DNA of 64,000 nt from Octopus sinensis (lineage: Eukaryota): the NCBI RefSeq assembly GCF_006345805.1, contig NC_042998.1, positions 33,666,001 through 33,730,000 of the forward strand. The letters are read 5' to 3'. The notes below the pieces were generated by a model. It had not been told where the DNA came from. It searched no databases and saw nothing but the letters and a program-made list of their open reading frames with translations. This document shows, piece after piece, positions 39,895 to 53,869 of the stretch. The translations under genes were made by a program, and so were the position numbers. Position 1 is the first letter of the stretch, and each line of letters begins with the position of its first letter.

Positions 39895-41460
39895 CTTGAG
39901 AAAGTCTTGCATATTTTTATTGTTCCCCTTTCAGATTTTATTTGTAATGTGCGTCTTTGCTGGTTGATTTCTTTTTCTGAAAATTTTAGCCATTCCATTT
40001 GTGACTTAGGCATTTACTCTCAAAACGAATCGCACCAATTATTATAGGTATAAATGTGAATTCATAATCTGAAGGTTTCGAACCTTTATCTGTAATTACC
40101 CCCTTTCTCTTCGATTTTCGAAGGGATATATCCCTAACAGTAGGGGAGATGTCCTCTATGAGTGTACGTACTTTTTCTTGTTCAAACAACTAAATACAAC
40201 CCGTTTACGTTTGCCCTTAGTAGAAGTTTTGATGGGAATGTCCCACCAATATCTTTTGTCTTTATTTATGCTTGTGTACGTATTTAATAGCAGCAAGATT
40301 ATCCTTACTTACCCAGGAGGACAGTCCTTTTATCGGATACCATTGTGTATTGTTTTAGCAACAACGTCATATCGCATTGAGAAGTAGTAACTTGATGACA
40401 GTTTTGGGCAGCTACTAATCAGATTTTAGGGTAGCAGTTTGCTATAGAAATGGGACATAATCGATATTTTCAGTTACATCTTTGAGCTCCAAGGGCTTCT
40501 CTGATTCTTTCGTTCATGAGGTATTTCGTAGCAATCTTCTATTCTTGGATTGCAAACGCATGGCCTTCAAAGTGGGTTGTATAAGTGGTTTGTCAGAAAG
40601 AAAAAAACGCTGCACTTTATATCAATAATACACTCCACCACGGCGGAGCTCTGACAGAATGGTTAACACGTCGGACAAAATGCTTAGCGGTATTTCGTCC
40701 ATCTTTACGGTTTGAGTTCAAATTTCGATGAGGTCAGCTTTGCCTTTCATCCTTTCGAGATCGATGAAATAAGTACCAGATGAACGCCGGGATCGATGTA
40801 ATTGACTAGGCCCCACCACTCCCCACAAACTTCATCCCTTGTGCCTATAGTTGAAAGATATTACTGTCTTTTCCAATTCTTCGTGAAACGTACCCCGGTA
40901 TAGACTTCTTTTGGTCTGAGTATGTTGAGTATTTTACATTCAGCTCTCCTTCGAGGTACGTTAGTCCAACTGTTATTGGAATTGTACGGAAGGTCGTGAG
41001 GAAGAGAGTAATCGTGAAGTTTACTGCTGACTCGTACGATGTTGTTCTTTTTGATTTTCAGTTTTAGGTTTATAGATTTATTTTTGCTGTTGTTTAGCAG
41101 GTACCACCTGAGAGACACTACACGACATTCAAAGGCTGTCTGTAGGGATCTCAAGCTTCCACCTCCTTCACCTCTTCTTTACTAGAGGCTGTCGGTATCA
41201 CTATTTCTGTGAAAGTCTCCTGTTCATGTCAGGATCTTGCGGGTTTTAATATCTATGGAGTGAATTTCCTTTACAGATCATTCAAGTATCCTAGATGTTG
41301 GTAACAGCACTGGTACGTGTCGGACATTTTCTTGTAAGAGGAGAGCGCCGGATAATACCATATTTTTCTATGTTTGGTATAGTATTTTCAGGTCCCTCTA
41401 CTTTTTTAAAAAATCATCTTCGTATAATATATTTTCATCAATACCTAGGTATTTGTAATA
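39895..41460 (-). pseudogene. Decayed non-LTR retrotransposon 3' part, restriction-like endonuclease type (R4/NeSL-like); interrupted by a family C SINE at ~40641-40860
   Basis: Minus-strand fragments in order: KYLGIDENI; IDIKTRKILT*TGDFHRNSDTDSL..EGGGSL; AFAIQE; LISSCPKLSSSYYFSMRYDVVAKTIH; YWWDIPIKT; FIPIIIGA; GTIKICKTF. Confidence 0.8.
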
Positions 41461-41702
41461 TTCTTTGTGTAGAATAGGAGATACAAAGAAATAGTTGGTG
41501 TTTGATTGATACTTACTTCATCGACCCCGAAAGGATGAAAGGTAAAGTCAGTCTCGGCGAAATTTGAACTCAGAACGTAAAGACGGACGAAATACCGCTA
41601 AGCATTTCTGACAGCTTGTCGCCTTGTGTATATAGTAATGATAAATATACATTTTATGTATAAATTACAAAACAAGTGTTCTGTGTTGTGTCTATGATTA
41701 TA

Positions 41703-42083
41703 CTAGCTGTTGGACCCGGCGTTGCTCGGGTTTTCCATGTTGAAGTTATGCCCACCTCTGACCTTGTATTAAATAAGCATTTCCTTAGAGACTATTCTAT
41801 CGATTTTGTTGAAATTTTAACGTGAAAAAATGCAAAAGTAGCAGGAAAAATAACATCGTTATGGGAATTTCCATTCAAACGCCCGATTGCGCTCACAAAA
41901 ATCGATGCCAACTAGGCATTTTGGAATTTTCGAAAGAATTTCGGCCTTATTTGAACTTCAGGGCATGTTATCTACCTATGTGCCAAAAATCATTAAAATC
42001 CGTTGGACGGTGCGAGAGGAGTTAGAGGAACACCAAGCACGCACACACACACACAGACACCATTACACATTTATGTATATAGA
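41703..42083 (-). mobile_element. Non-autonomous Helitron, second family
   Basis: On minus: 5' TC(tatatacataaa), 3' hairpin cccgagcaacgccggg then CTAG; between A and T. Confidence 0.78.
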
Positions 42084-42458
42084 TATAAAATACCTATTTA
42101 ATGTCGCTGTGAATTTAAGATCATTTTACGGAGCATCGCTGCACTGATTAGGAATGGAAAAAAAACAACAAAATGATACCTCCAACTATGCTTTGTAACG
42201 TGTCGCTTTGTCGCTTTTTAGACGAAATGGCGTAGATTTACGAAGATTTTGCTGCTATTTCTGTGAAGTCAAGGGAACCTATAAATGTTGTCTTCGTTGT
42301 CTGACGTTCGATATGTTGGCAATAGACTCCAAAAATTGTTGTGATTTTCGCTAACATGCTACATGGAACAACATGGGAAACTACATGGGAAGTATATTTT
42401 TTGAAAATAATCTGCTGAAAATTTGAAAAACATAAGATGGTTCTTTTCTTATTTCATT

Positions 42459-42847
42459 CTTTTACTTGTTTCAGTCATATGACTGCGGCCATACTGGAGC
42501 ACCGACTTTAGTCGAGCAAATCAATCCCATGACTTATTCCTTGTAAGCCCAGTACTTATTCTATTGGTCTGTTTTGCCGGACGGTTACTTTACGGGGACG
42601 TAAACACACCAGCATCGGTTGTCAAGCGATGTTGGGGGACAAACACACACACACACATACATATATATATTCATATACATATATACGACGGGCTTCTTTC
42701 AGTTTCCGTCTACCAAATCCACTCACAAGACTTTGGTGGGCCCGAGGTTATAGCAGAAGACACTTGCCCAAGGTGCCATTCAGTGGAACTGAACCCGGAA
42801 CCATGTAGTTGGTAAGCAAGCTACTTAACACAGCCATTCCTGCGCCT
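42459..42847 (-). mobile_element. SINE family B, full length
   Basis: Reverse complement of 12076-12462. Confidence 0.88.
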
Positions 42848-42893
42848 ATGCTAACAACATTTATGTGTGTGCATTATATTATGCTATATATAC

Positions 42894-42946
<53 letters not shown>

Positions 42947-43006
42947 TTCGTACGAAACAATTGTACCGAAATATTGATCAATTCTTGTTGCTCTTTTCCT
43001 ATTTAC

Positions 43007-43043
<37 letters not shown>

Positions 43044-43189
43044 ATTATATATATATATGCGTGTGTGTGTGTATATATATATATAAAGTTTATTCAAACA
43101 AGAAAACACAAAAAAAAAAAAAAATAGCAACGCGAGGACGCGGAACAAATAAAGTATTATTGGAAGAAGGATATATACACACACACAAA

Positions 43190-43220
<31 letters not shown>

Positions 43221-43584
43221 ATACGCACAACGCACACATACCTGGGGTTGGGTTATGACATTTTTAAGATCTCACTATTGTTATGTCATCAAGTATTCAA
43301 AGTTGAGTCATATTGGAGAAATTCCTGACCCATTCATACATATCTAACTGTAAACAAACTGGCGAGGCGCCTTCTATGTGCCTGGTTCGACATGCTAAAA
43401 ATAGCAGCTAAATTTGTCTCAAATCATTGCCTTCTTTTAAATGGGAGGTCAAATTAGATAATGTTCACCAGGAAACGTCTTCTGAAAGTAAGTCGGGATG
43501 GTCATGGCTGGAATGTTTGATCATATGTCTTCTTGGTCAAAAGGTTAGGATCCCTGGCTTTCACTCAGGCGGCCTTTCTTTTTA

Positions 43585-43949
43585 GGCGCAGGAGTTGCAT
43601 GGTAAAAAGTTCACAGTCCAGCCACATTGTTCTGAGTTCAATCTCACTGTGTGGCACTTGGGCAAGTGTCTTCTACTATAGCTTTAGGCCAACCAAAACC
43701 TTGTGGGTGCATTTTTGGTTGATGGAAACTGAAAGAAGCCCTTATATATATGTGTGTGTGTTTGTGTGTGTGTGTATGTATGTATAGGCGCAGGAGTGGC
43801 TGTGTGGTAAGTAGCTTGCTAACCAACCACATGGTTCCGAGTTCAGTCCCACTGCGTGGTACCTTGGGCAAGTGTCTTTTACTATAGCCTTAGGCCAACC
43901 AAAGACTTGTGAGTGGATTTGGTAAATGGAAACTGAAAGAAGCCCGTCG

Positions 43950-43950
<1 letters not shown>
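43585..43950 (+). mobile_element. Two tandem family B SINE 5' halves
   Basis: ggcgcaggag heads at 43585 and 43787. Confidence 0.85.
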
Positions 43951-43988
<38 letters not shown>

Positions 43989-43994
43989 TAAACG

Positions 43995-44023
43995 GTTGTC
44001 ATTCCTAAGGTATTTTTCAATGC

Positions 44024-44060
<37 letters not shown>

Positions 44061-44275
44061 TAGGTCACTGCTTGGATTCGAACTCAGAATCTTGGGGTTA
44101 GTAGCCCGCACTCTTAACTACTACGCTATATGCCTGAAAAATACGTTACGAATGAAAACCCAGGTTCGAAATTTCCCCAAGACACCTGATGAAGGCTGGA
44201 GGGTATATCAGCCGAAACGTTGTGTTGACAATAAACAGGATGAGGACAAATATCCGTCAAATGTAAATAATGTAT
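43995..44275. mobile_element. tRNA-headed repeat with head inverted relative to the hammerhead-bearing body
   Basis: Head on minus (~44062-44134), body on plus (44136-44275); same family as 30469-30730. Confidence 0.75.
44181..44226 (+). ncRNA. Minimal type I hammerhead ribozyme-like motif
   Basis: gacac CTGATGA a GGCTG gagggtatat CAGCC GAAA CG TT gtgtt: core, stem II, loopless palindromic stem III (ACGT), stem I acac/gtgt. Confidence 0.6.
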
Positions 44276-44385
44276 AAAGAAGCTGGTTCTGTCTTTTGGG
44301 TGGAGTTCGTTGTTCCTTCAAAACGTCTACAAGATGTCACAGATTCGTGCAGGATCTTTCCCCCCACCATCTAAAGCATATGGCA

Positions 44386-44740
44386 GGCGTGGCTGTGTAG
44401 TAAGAAGCTTGCTTCTCAACTACATGGTTCCGGGTTCAGTTCCACTGCGTGGCACCTTGGGCAAGGGCCGACCAAATCCTTGTGAGTGAATTTAGTAGAC
44501 GGAAACTGAAAGAAGCCCGTTGTATTCTGTGTCTTTCTGTCTGTGTTTGTCCTCCACCCTCTCTTGACAACCGGTGTTGGTGTGTTTATGTCCCTGTAAC
44601 ACAGCAGTTCGGCAAAAGAAACCGATAGAATATGTACTAAGCTTTAAAAAATAAGCCCTGGAGTCGATTTGTTCGACTAACACCCTTCATGGCCACACCC
44701 CAGCATGGCTGCGGTCAACTGACTAAAACAACTAAAAGAG
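44386..44740 (+). mobile_element. SINE family B
   Basis: gtggctgtgtagtaagaagcttgc... Confidence 0.82.
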
Positions 44741-46100
44741 GAAAGATACAATTCCTAATATTTAACCATGAAAATATAATAGGGGTTTTCAGACAATGGA
44801 TTCGCCCCACTTCCAGTAAAAAGGAATCCCAAGGGTTTATAGGGAGAAAATGGTTGAGGAACGCAGATTTAAACCATTTTGCTTAATTTTTCATAAAAGC
44901 TATTTTTTGTTGTTGTTGTTGTTGGTGTTGTTCGATTGATCAGAGAAAAAAATATACTAATAATTATTAATTACGGCGACGGCGAAATTCCGCCGAGGGC
45001 CTTTCAGCCTTTCGGGGTCGATAAATTAACTTTGCCTTTCATCCTTTCGGGGTCGATAGATTAAGTACCAGCGAAACACTGGGGTCCTCCTTTGTGTCTT
45101 TAGTAGAAAGGATAATGATAATTGCTAATTACTGCATTCAATATTTTTTCCATAACTTGTAATACACAGAGAATGAAAAGTCTGTTTTAATATTTTGTAC
45201 AAAATAAATTCTTTTCAGAAGCGCCAAATTTAATATTCATTTGCCTTCTATCTTATATTTGCTTCAATCATTGGGTTGTGACCATGCTAGAGCACCGCCT
45301 TGGAAGGCTCAGCCGAACAAATCGACCACTGTTATTTTTAAAGTTTGGTGCTTACTCGATCGGAGTAACACCGATCGTTAAACTGTGTAAGGGACAAACA
45401 CATGCATAGAGATACAAATACGTACACATACATACATATATGTATATATACATGTGTGTGTGTGTGTGTTTGGTTTTCCCAGGGCTATAGTAGAAAACAC
45501 TTGCCCAGGAAGTCGCGCAGTGGTTGCGAAGCAAGTTCCTGAATTACTCAGCGACACACCTGCGCCTCTTGAATTCCAACTGAAATTGTAGTAAATTCTA
45601 TATGGTACTACTACATGAGCCAATTAACTTATTGAAAATACTGTCAAACTGGAGAGAAAAAATCTGTCAAATTCTTCTGGAATGTCTTTCTACAACCGAA
45701 TACACGTCGTTGATTGGTTGAAACTACCTAAATACGACAGCTTTAACACGAAATAACTTCTAAAAGAGGAAATTTTGTCAAAAATGTTCAGAGTAAACCG
45801 TGTTCTACGTGAGAAATTCTACCAGTAATCAAACTGTTTAGTTAAAAAACAATTAATTAAAAAGTCTGTGATTGAGATGGAATAGATTCAGATGATTTTA
45901 CTTCATAAGTTCGGATTTAGACATTATGGTAAAACGGTGCCAAAGGTAATAATTGTGCTACAGGTTCAGCTATCACGTATTCAAACTATGTTTGTGTTCT
46001 TGGTCAAACTGAGCACTTAATTACGTCTATATTGACCCCGCCCTCGCCCAAACTTCGTCAGTTAGCTACTAGATGCGTTGTTTTGTTTGGAAAGTTAACT

Positions 46101-46421
46101 GGCATTCCGTCGGTTGCGACGACGAGGGTTCCAGTTGATCCGATCAACGGAACAGCCTGTTTCTGAAATTAACGTGCAAGTGGCTGAGCATTCCACAGAC
46201 ACGCGTCCTTGTGATGTAGTTCTCAGGGACAGCTAGCGTGGCACAGAATATGACAAAAGTGGCCCTTTGAAATACAGGTTCTACTCGTATTTGCCAGCTG
46301 GGTGAACTGGAGCAATGTGAAATAAAGTGACTTACTGAAGGACACAAGGCCTCGACGGGAATCGCACTCACAACCTAACGATCGTGAGCCAAAAGCCCTA
46401 ACTACTAAGCCACGCGCCTTC
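46101..46421 (-). mobile_element. SINE family A2
   Basis: Reverse complement of 22932-23250; flanked by gaaagtta on both sides. Confidence 0.82.
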
Positions 46422-47289
46422 GCCGTTTTTGAAAGTTACCTGCAAGAGACGAACATGTATTTTATCAAACAGGAGCTTTACCATATAGGTTCAGGAACCG
46501 AAAGCATTTAGGTGATCGCCAACCCCTGAGTTCGATCTGAATCTAATAAAGAGAAAAAGCAGAACAGGGTTATGATTTCAAAAAGAAGGAACACAAACGA
46601 CAAGATTTTTTTTTTCATTTTGTTTTTTGTTTCATATATTTTTTACAAATATACATGAAATATACATCAATATATACATAGTTTACAGAAAAATAAGTAA
46701 ATTATCTCTAATTAGAAGACAACGCATTATAATAATCCTACAAATTAAAATATTTTTCACTCAGTTTTTCATTTTCATTAATTTTTTTTTTGTTTTGCAT
46801 TTTTTACAATGTTTTGTGTATATTACGTGTATCTGTATGTCATAGGTATATATTACATAGAAAAACACAAATATGCACCTTGTACATGCACTCATGCACG
46901 TGTATGCATATTTGTGTATATAAGATTTGGGATTGTTTTATAGATACTATATGCGTTTGATTTAGTGTGTATATGGATTGCATGAAAAAAATATCAATAT
47001 TTATAAATATTATAAAATAAAATACAGGTTTATATGTATCAACAGACTCACTTATTTGCATGTTTTATGTTGTATGTATTCATATATTTTACACAATAAC
47101 GCATGCATGTAATATATACACCCTGTTGTTATATCGTCAGTGCTCAGCTGTTCAGTTTTGCTCATACACACATAATGCTATAATTCAATGAAAACGTGTG
47201 TATGTATGTATGAATATATCTACACACACGTACATACACATGCATATATATGTACACACACAGTTATGTGTATACATACATACATTTAT

Positions 47290-47559
47290 ATAAATGCATA
47301 TGTATGCGTGTGTGTGTATACATATATATATGTATATATATATATATGCATATAGAAGTATATATACATATATAGATGTATATATATATACATGCATATA
47401 GATGTATATATACATATACATGCATATAGAAGTATATATACATGCATATAGATGTATATATACATATACATGCATATAGATGTAATATATATATACATGC
47501 ATACAGATGTATATATATACATGCATATAGATGTATATATATATATATACATGCATATG

Positions 47560-47594
<35 letters not shown>

Positions 47595-47727
47595 CATGCA
47601 TACAGATGTATATATATATATACATGCATACAGATGTATATATATATATATATAACATGCATACAGAGTGTATATATATATATATACATGCATACAGATG
47701 TATATATATATATATATACATGCATAT

Positions 47728-47771
<44 letters not shown>

Positions 47772-48030
47772 GCTATAGATGTATATATATATATATATTA
47801 TATATATATATATATATACATGCTTATAGATGTATATATATATACATGCATATAGATGTATATATATATACATGCATATAGATGTATATATATATACATG
47901 CATATAGATGTATATATATACATGCTATAGATGTATATATATATACATGCATATAGATGTATATATATATACATGCATATAGATGTATATATATATACAT
48001 GCATATAGATGCATATATATATATATATGC
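47290..48030. repeat. Compound minisatellite catgcatatagatg(ta)n
   Basis: Many tandem units with variable (TA)n spacer. Confidence 0.9.
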
Positions 48031-48139
48031 ATGTATTTTTATATACATATATGTGACATACTTATTAGAAACTTTCGATTATATTCCTGCCATCCCTTCA
48101 TATCACAATATTCCTTTATTTCTCTATTAATCCATCTAC

Positions 48140-48182
48140 ATACATATGTACATATGTGTATGTATATATATATATGTGTATA

Positions 48183-48241
<59 letters not shown>

Positions 48242-48850
48242 CCATATATGTGTATATATATATATGTATATGTATATATATGTGTATATATATATGTCTG
48301 TATATGTGTATATATGTATATGTGTATGAGTATATATATGTATATATATATGTGTATATATATATGTATGTATATGTATATGTATATATGTGTATATATG
48401 TATATATATGTATATGTGTATATATATATGTATATATATATATATTATATATATGTATATGTTATATATGTATATATATATGTATATGTATATATGTATA
48501 TGTATATATATATATTATATATATATGTATATATGTATGTATATATATATGTATATATGTATATATGTATATATGTATATGTATATATATATATATGTGT
48601 ATATATATGTGTATATATATTATATATATGTATGTGAATATATATGTATGTGTATATATGTATTTATATGTATGTGTATATATATGTATATATACAGATA
48701 TGTATATATGCATACATACGTTTATATATATGTGTGTGTATATATGCATATATATATGTATGCATACATACATATATATATATGTGTGTTTAAATACGCA
48801 CATATATATATATATATTGCCTGTGAATTTGTTTGTGTATGTTTGCGTTT

Positions 48851-48892
<42 letters not shown>
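48140..48892. repeat. Degenerate (TA)/(TATG)/(TG) microsatellite
   Basis: Direct reading. Confidence 0.9.
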
Positions 48893-48894
<2 letters not shown>

Positions 48895-49550
48895 CTGCTC
48901 ACTGAAGCACCATTTGTGAAAACGTTTTCCATCCTCATAAAAAAAAAAACACAACCTCATCTTTTTCGCTTATTTATCATTCTTTGAATCTTTAGCATCA
49001 TCGCAGACGTACACACACATACATACACAAAAAGTGTACTAGGAAAAAAAATGTATACTCATGTGATTATTAAATCACTATGAGCAAGCCAACGAGGAGT
49101 CTTCTACGTTGTCTCCAAACTGCTAGAAATAATAGCCACATCTCCTTCAAACCATAGTATTGTGTCTTAAAAAACAAAATTGGGTAATTATAATTTATGT
49201 CGCTTAACGAACAATAGTAGTAATAACTGCTTCAAATTTTGGCAGAAGGCCAGTAACTTTTAGAGTTGGGTCGGTCGAATATATGGACCCCAGTACTTGA
49301 CTGGTACTTTATTTTATTGGCCCTGGAAGGATAGAAGGCAATGTTGACTTCAGAGGAATTTGAACTCAGATCGTAAAGAGCTGGAAGAAATATCGTAAAA
49401 GGTGGTTGAAAATATTCCAGTCTTTAACCATCTGACGTCTGCTTCGATTTGATCTGACTTGAAACTAGAAAGAACAGCAACAACAAGAAGATTTCTTTAT
49501 TAAATTCATTTGATGAGACAGGGAGTCCAAGGTTTTTTTTCCTCTCTATC

Positions 49551-49730
49551 TTTTACTTGTTGCTGTCATTAAGACTGCGGCCATGCCGGGACACTGCTCT
49601 GAGGAATTTTAGTCGAATAAATCGACCCCGGTCCTTATCATTTTTAAATCTGGTATTTATTCTATTGATATCTCTTGCCGAACCGCGAGAGAGATAAACA
49701 AACCAACACCGGTTATCAAGCGGTGGTGGG

Positions 49731-49765
<35 letters not shown>

Positions 49766-49910
49766 AGACGGGCTTCTTTCAGTTTCCATCTTCCAAGTCC
49801 ACACACAAGGATTTGGTCGGTAGAAGACACTCGCCTAAGGTGCCACGCAGTGGGACTGAACCCGCAGTCATGTAGTTGAAAAGCAAGTTTCTTACCAATA
49901 CAGTCACGCC
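49551..49910 (-). mobile_element. SINE family B
   Basis: aaggtgccacgcagtgggactgaaccc. Confidence 0.82.
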
Positions 49911-49923
49911 TTACTTAAACACC

Positions 49924-49996
49924 TGGCTAGTACGGGGTTCGAATCCATGACATTCGCGTACTTAGCGCGGGGCTCGAACCAACCGATTAACCAGCC
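49924..49996 (-). pseudogene. tRNA-Ile(AAT)-like pseudogene
   Basis: GGCTGGTTAATCGGTTGGTTCGAGCCCCGCGCTAAGTACGCGAATGTCATGGATTCGAACCCCGTACTAGCCA aligns with metazoan tRNA-Ile(AAT); acceptor stem pairs, D and T arms are damaged, anticodon position reads AAG. Confidence 0.7.
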
Positions 49997-50765
49997 AACT
50001 TTTGTATAGAGGTCAATGAATCTCTTACAATATAATACTGGAATACTGGCAAGTATGGTAAAAATGTCAAAGTGTTGAAGAGAAAATGTCTCCCAGCAGT
50101 ATTTGAAACCAGAACTGTGGGATACGGGACTGGCCGCTGTGATTGTACCCGGATCAGTGTTCTTTACAGGAGTACTAGCTGTAAAAACTGGGAGAGGTTT
50201 CGGCACAATGCTTGGTTTATTTTAAACATCTCCACCAGCATGGCGAAGAAAGGAAAACTACCATGATACAAAGTTTATTTTCTCTTTCCATCAATAAAAA
50301 AAAAAAGTAACAAAGACTGAAGATTTTCATTAATGTTTCCTAAAGCTTGCGTCTGGTACGCATCAGTTTTAGCACTGCTGATCGAGGGTATTATTTTGTT
50401 GTCACAATCATATATCTTCTGTACATCTTCGTTCTCTGATACAAATTTCGGATTTTCAAATACGTCTCAATTTAATCTAGAAGTGCTTGTCTCCCCTGTA
50501 ATTGCTAGCCGCCAGGTGGCTTCTCTGGTGATTCTCGAAATATTCGTACAAAATCATAGAAATGCCTCAGGATTTTTTTCATATTTGCATTTGGTTTGTT
50601 TTTGTTTTTCTGTTGAACGTTTATAACTTGAAATTCAAATATAAGGGTTGTTTGTTAAACGAGTACATATAAAAAAAAAGCATTTATATATCAAAATTAT
50701 ATATAAATACATGTATAAGGGTTTTATAATTTGCATATTGGAAGAAAGAGGGCAAAGATTTTATG

Positions 50766-50819
<54 letters not shown>

Positions 50820-51199
50820 GCACACACACACGTGTGTGAGTGTGTGTGTGTATGAGTGTGTGTGTGTGTGTGTTATAGCGTAACTTGTAAATATGTGATA
50901 TCATGTTTTTACTTGTTGAAATATTGTCAGTCATTATTGTTGAGTTAAGAGGATAAGAAACAAATTGAACAATATATTTTGTTACAGACCTATCAGTAAA
51001 TGTCGTTAAATGGAAATATGAACTGAGTAAATCACCGCCGTTAGCCCTGGTGGCTTTTGCTGCTTCTCGCTCTAATGTTTATTTGAACAAATGGGGACAA
51101 GCTTTGGTAGACATAAAGCTGGTTGAGGCATTGACAGAGGCAGATGGGTGTATCGATGTAAGTAGATGGCACAGACAACGTGTGGTGTGTATGTATAAA

Positions 51200-51200
51200 C

Positions 51201-51283
<83 letters not shown>

Positions 51284-51291
51284 CAGACAGG

Positions 51292-51371
<80 letters not shown>

Positions 51372-51400
51372 CAGACAGGTAGATAGATAGATAGATAGAT
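51200..51400. repeat. (GATA)n microsatellite
   Basis: Direct reading. Confidence 0.95.
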
Positions 51401-52169
51401 AAATTAAGTACCAGTTATGTACTGAGGTCGATCTAATCGACTGGCCCCCTCCCCGAAAATTTCGGGCCTTGTGCCTACAGTTGAAAAGAATAGATGAAAA
51501 TCAATAATTAAAAACCAGTGAAGGCAACTAAATACAGAATACCAAAAAGAAGGGGTTTATCTGAAAAGTATATCGCCAGTTATACAGACGGATGCATGGA
51601 TGTATGGTAAGAGGTTTGCTTCCCAACTACATGGTTCCAGGTTCAGTCCCACTGCATGGCACCTTGGGCAAGTGTCTTCTACTATAGCCTCAGGCCAACC
51701 AAAGCCTTGTGAGTGGATTTGATTCACGGAAACTAGACCGAAACTTAACACACATTATATTATCTCCTTTGATAGGATGGATGTAGAAACCTTATGCAAG
51801 TAGTGTTATTCTGTGCATCATCTATAGTTATACTGGGTAATTAACTTTAGAAAATTTACCCTATTAAAAAAACAATTACAAATCTTTTGTATAAGAACGG
51901 AAGGATTAGATAATGTAGTCCTGTATGAGCCTAAAATATGGGATGGTTATGATTGCAATGCTTGCTTGAACAGGGTTGATATGGAAGAAAACAACATCAG
52001 GAGACATGATATGATGGATTCGTTTTTGTTTTGGGTGGGGTGGGGGATAAGCCACTGCAAAATATGTAACGAAATGAAAGCCCGATAGCAGAAAAAAATG
52101 TCGGAGACTGATAGAATAAATGAAAACGATGTGATTCTCAGTAATACAAACACAGACACACATACATGC

Positions 52170-52229
<60 letters not shown>

Positions 52230-52234
52230 ATATC

Positions 52235-52535
52235 TAAACCCCATTCATATCATTGTAGAAAAAATATCCAAGCCTTGTATACTTGTTGATGTGGTATGCC
52301 CAACAGATAACAAAAATCTCCGGAATTATGTTTTAAAAAATTCACATAGAAAAACCTGGAAACGGAAATACTTAACATATGGAAAACAGACTCAAAACTG
52401 CTCTCTGTAATGTTAGGAAGATTACGAGCAGTGAAGAATGGTACAAAACAGAAAATCCAAAACCTCCAGATAACACGTCCACGCGCAGATAAGCGTTCCA
52501 AGAATCTGCTCATATTTTAGCACAGATGTTTTCTT
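52235..52535 (+). pseudogene. Decayed restriction-like-endonuclease LINE C-terminus
   Basis: IVEKISKPCILVDVVCPTD; NLETEILNIWKTDSKLLSVMLGRLRAV; ESAHIL. Confidence 0.6.
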
Positions 52536-53869
52536 AGTTACAGAAAAGTTTCGATGTTGCTGATTGCACGCATCCTAAAGAGTACAAAGAACCAATTAGA
52601 ACATCAGTAATAACAAAGATAATTTCCAACAGAGGCACCAGACTAGAAATAACAGTTGGTTATATAGGCTCTAGTCTTTGACTGGTGCTTTGTTTATTGA
52701 CACCGGAAGGATAAAAGGTAAAGTCGACCAGGAAAGGATTTGAACTCAGAACCGTAACTCAATCGATTTACTGATTCTGTGATACACTAGGAATTCTTCT
52801 GACCCTTGAAAACCACCTGTTGTTACCAGGGGTTCTTTCACTGTGGCTTAAAGCGGCGGAAATAAATCTCCGCCTGGTTAATAATGTGGACATTCTCATA
52901 TGATACGTAGTGTCCATGCAAAACAGCTACGTAAACTTAGGCAAATCAGACTAACGTAATCAGTTCAGAATCACCACCAATTAACAGCATTGGATGGTGC
53001 ATCACAGCTTGTCTAACTCTATTCTCACCAAGGCATCTCACTCGTACTCCACATGTGAACCTGGCTATACACACGTACATACATACATGATTTGAACCTT
53101 TTAAATCCAATAGCTTTTAGACTTGGCCACTACTTAGTCACAGAAAATGCCAGAAAACAGAAATTCACCCTTAAAGAAAGATCTATATAGTCTTGCCATC
53201 TCATATATATAAACTGACATTTTATCAGAGCAAGAACAAAGATCTTAAGACAGCTGCTCCATATTTACTTTCGTAGACAAGGATATATGCTTATGATCTT
53301 TACCACTGGGGCCATCGATTACTCCTCTTTATTTTTTGGATGCCATTCAGCGAAATATCAGAAATGAGCTGGGGCACTGCCTTTAGTAGAATTAATTGAT
53401 CCCAGTACACTTTTTAAAGGCTAGGATTTATTCTATCGGTCTCTTTACTGTCCCAGAACACTTAGCTGCAGTAAATAATGTTTGGCGACTTAAAGCTTCC
53501 TTGGTGGCAGATCAAACAACTAATGGCGCTAGATTAAAAAAGTACCGGTCTATAAGAGTTGCCGGACCATGGAGTGCTAGATGAAAAAATGACTAACTTG
53601 TATAAGTCTAACCGTTCAGTTTCAACCTAATAGTTTTGTGGTGGTCTTATGTGCTTTTCAGTTTGTTTGTTTTTTCTCTTTTGTCAATGCAAAGATCATA
53701 GATTTTTAGAGCAATAAGCATGATCTTTATCGTTTAGTAGCTAATTAGGTTAATTACTACTATATTCGTTTTGCATGAAAAATAAAAAGAAGTGTTTATA
53801 TAATCCACACACAAACACCGAGAGCTAATAATCAGAAACGAGACTAGAACTCAGGATATTATCTTTTAT

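Noticed and set aside
47185-48905. Long ORFs up to 303 aa (YI/CV rich), also at 10801-11924 and 20314-20775
   Set aside because: Translations of (TA)n/(TG)n microsatellites
50240-50470. Open minus stretch DVFENPKFVSENEDVQKIYDCD...
   Set aside because: Bounded by stops, no recognisable motif or clear splice sites
52250-52513. 87-aa minus ORF as a host exon
   Set aside because: Better explained as antisense of a decayed LINE endonuclease region
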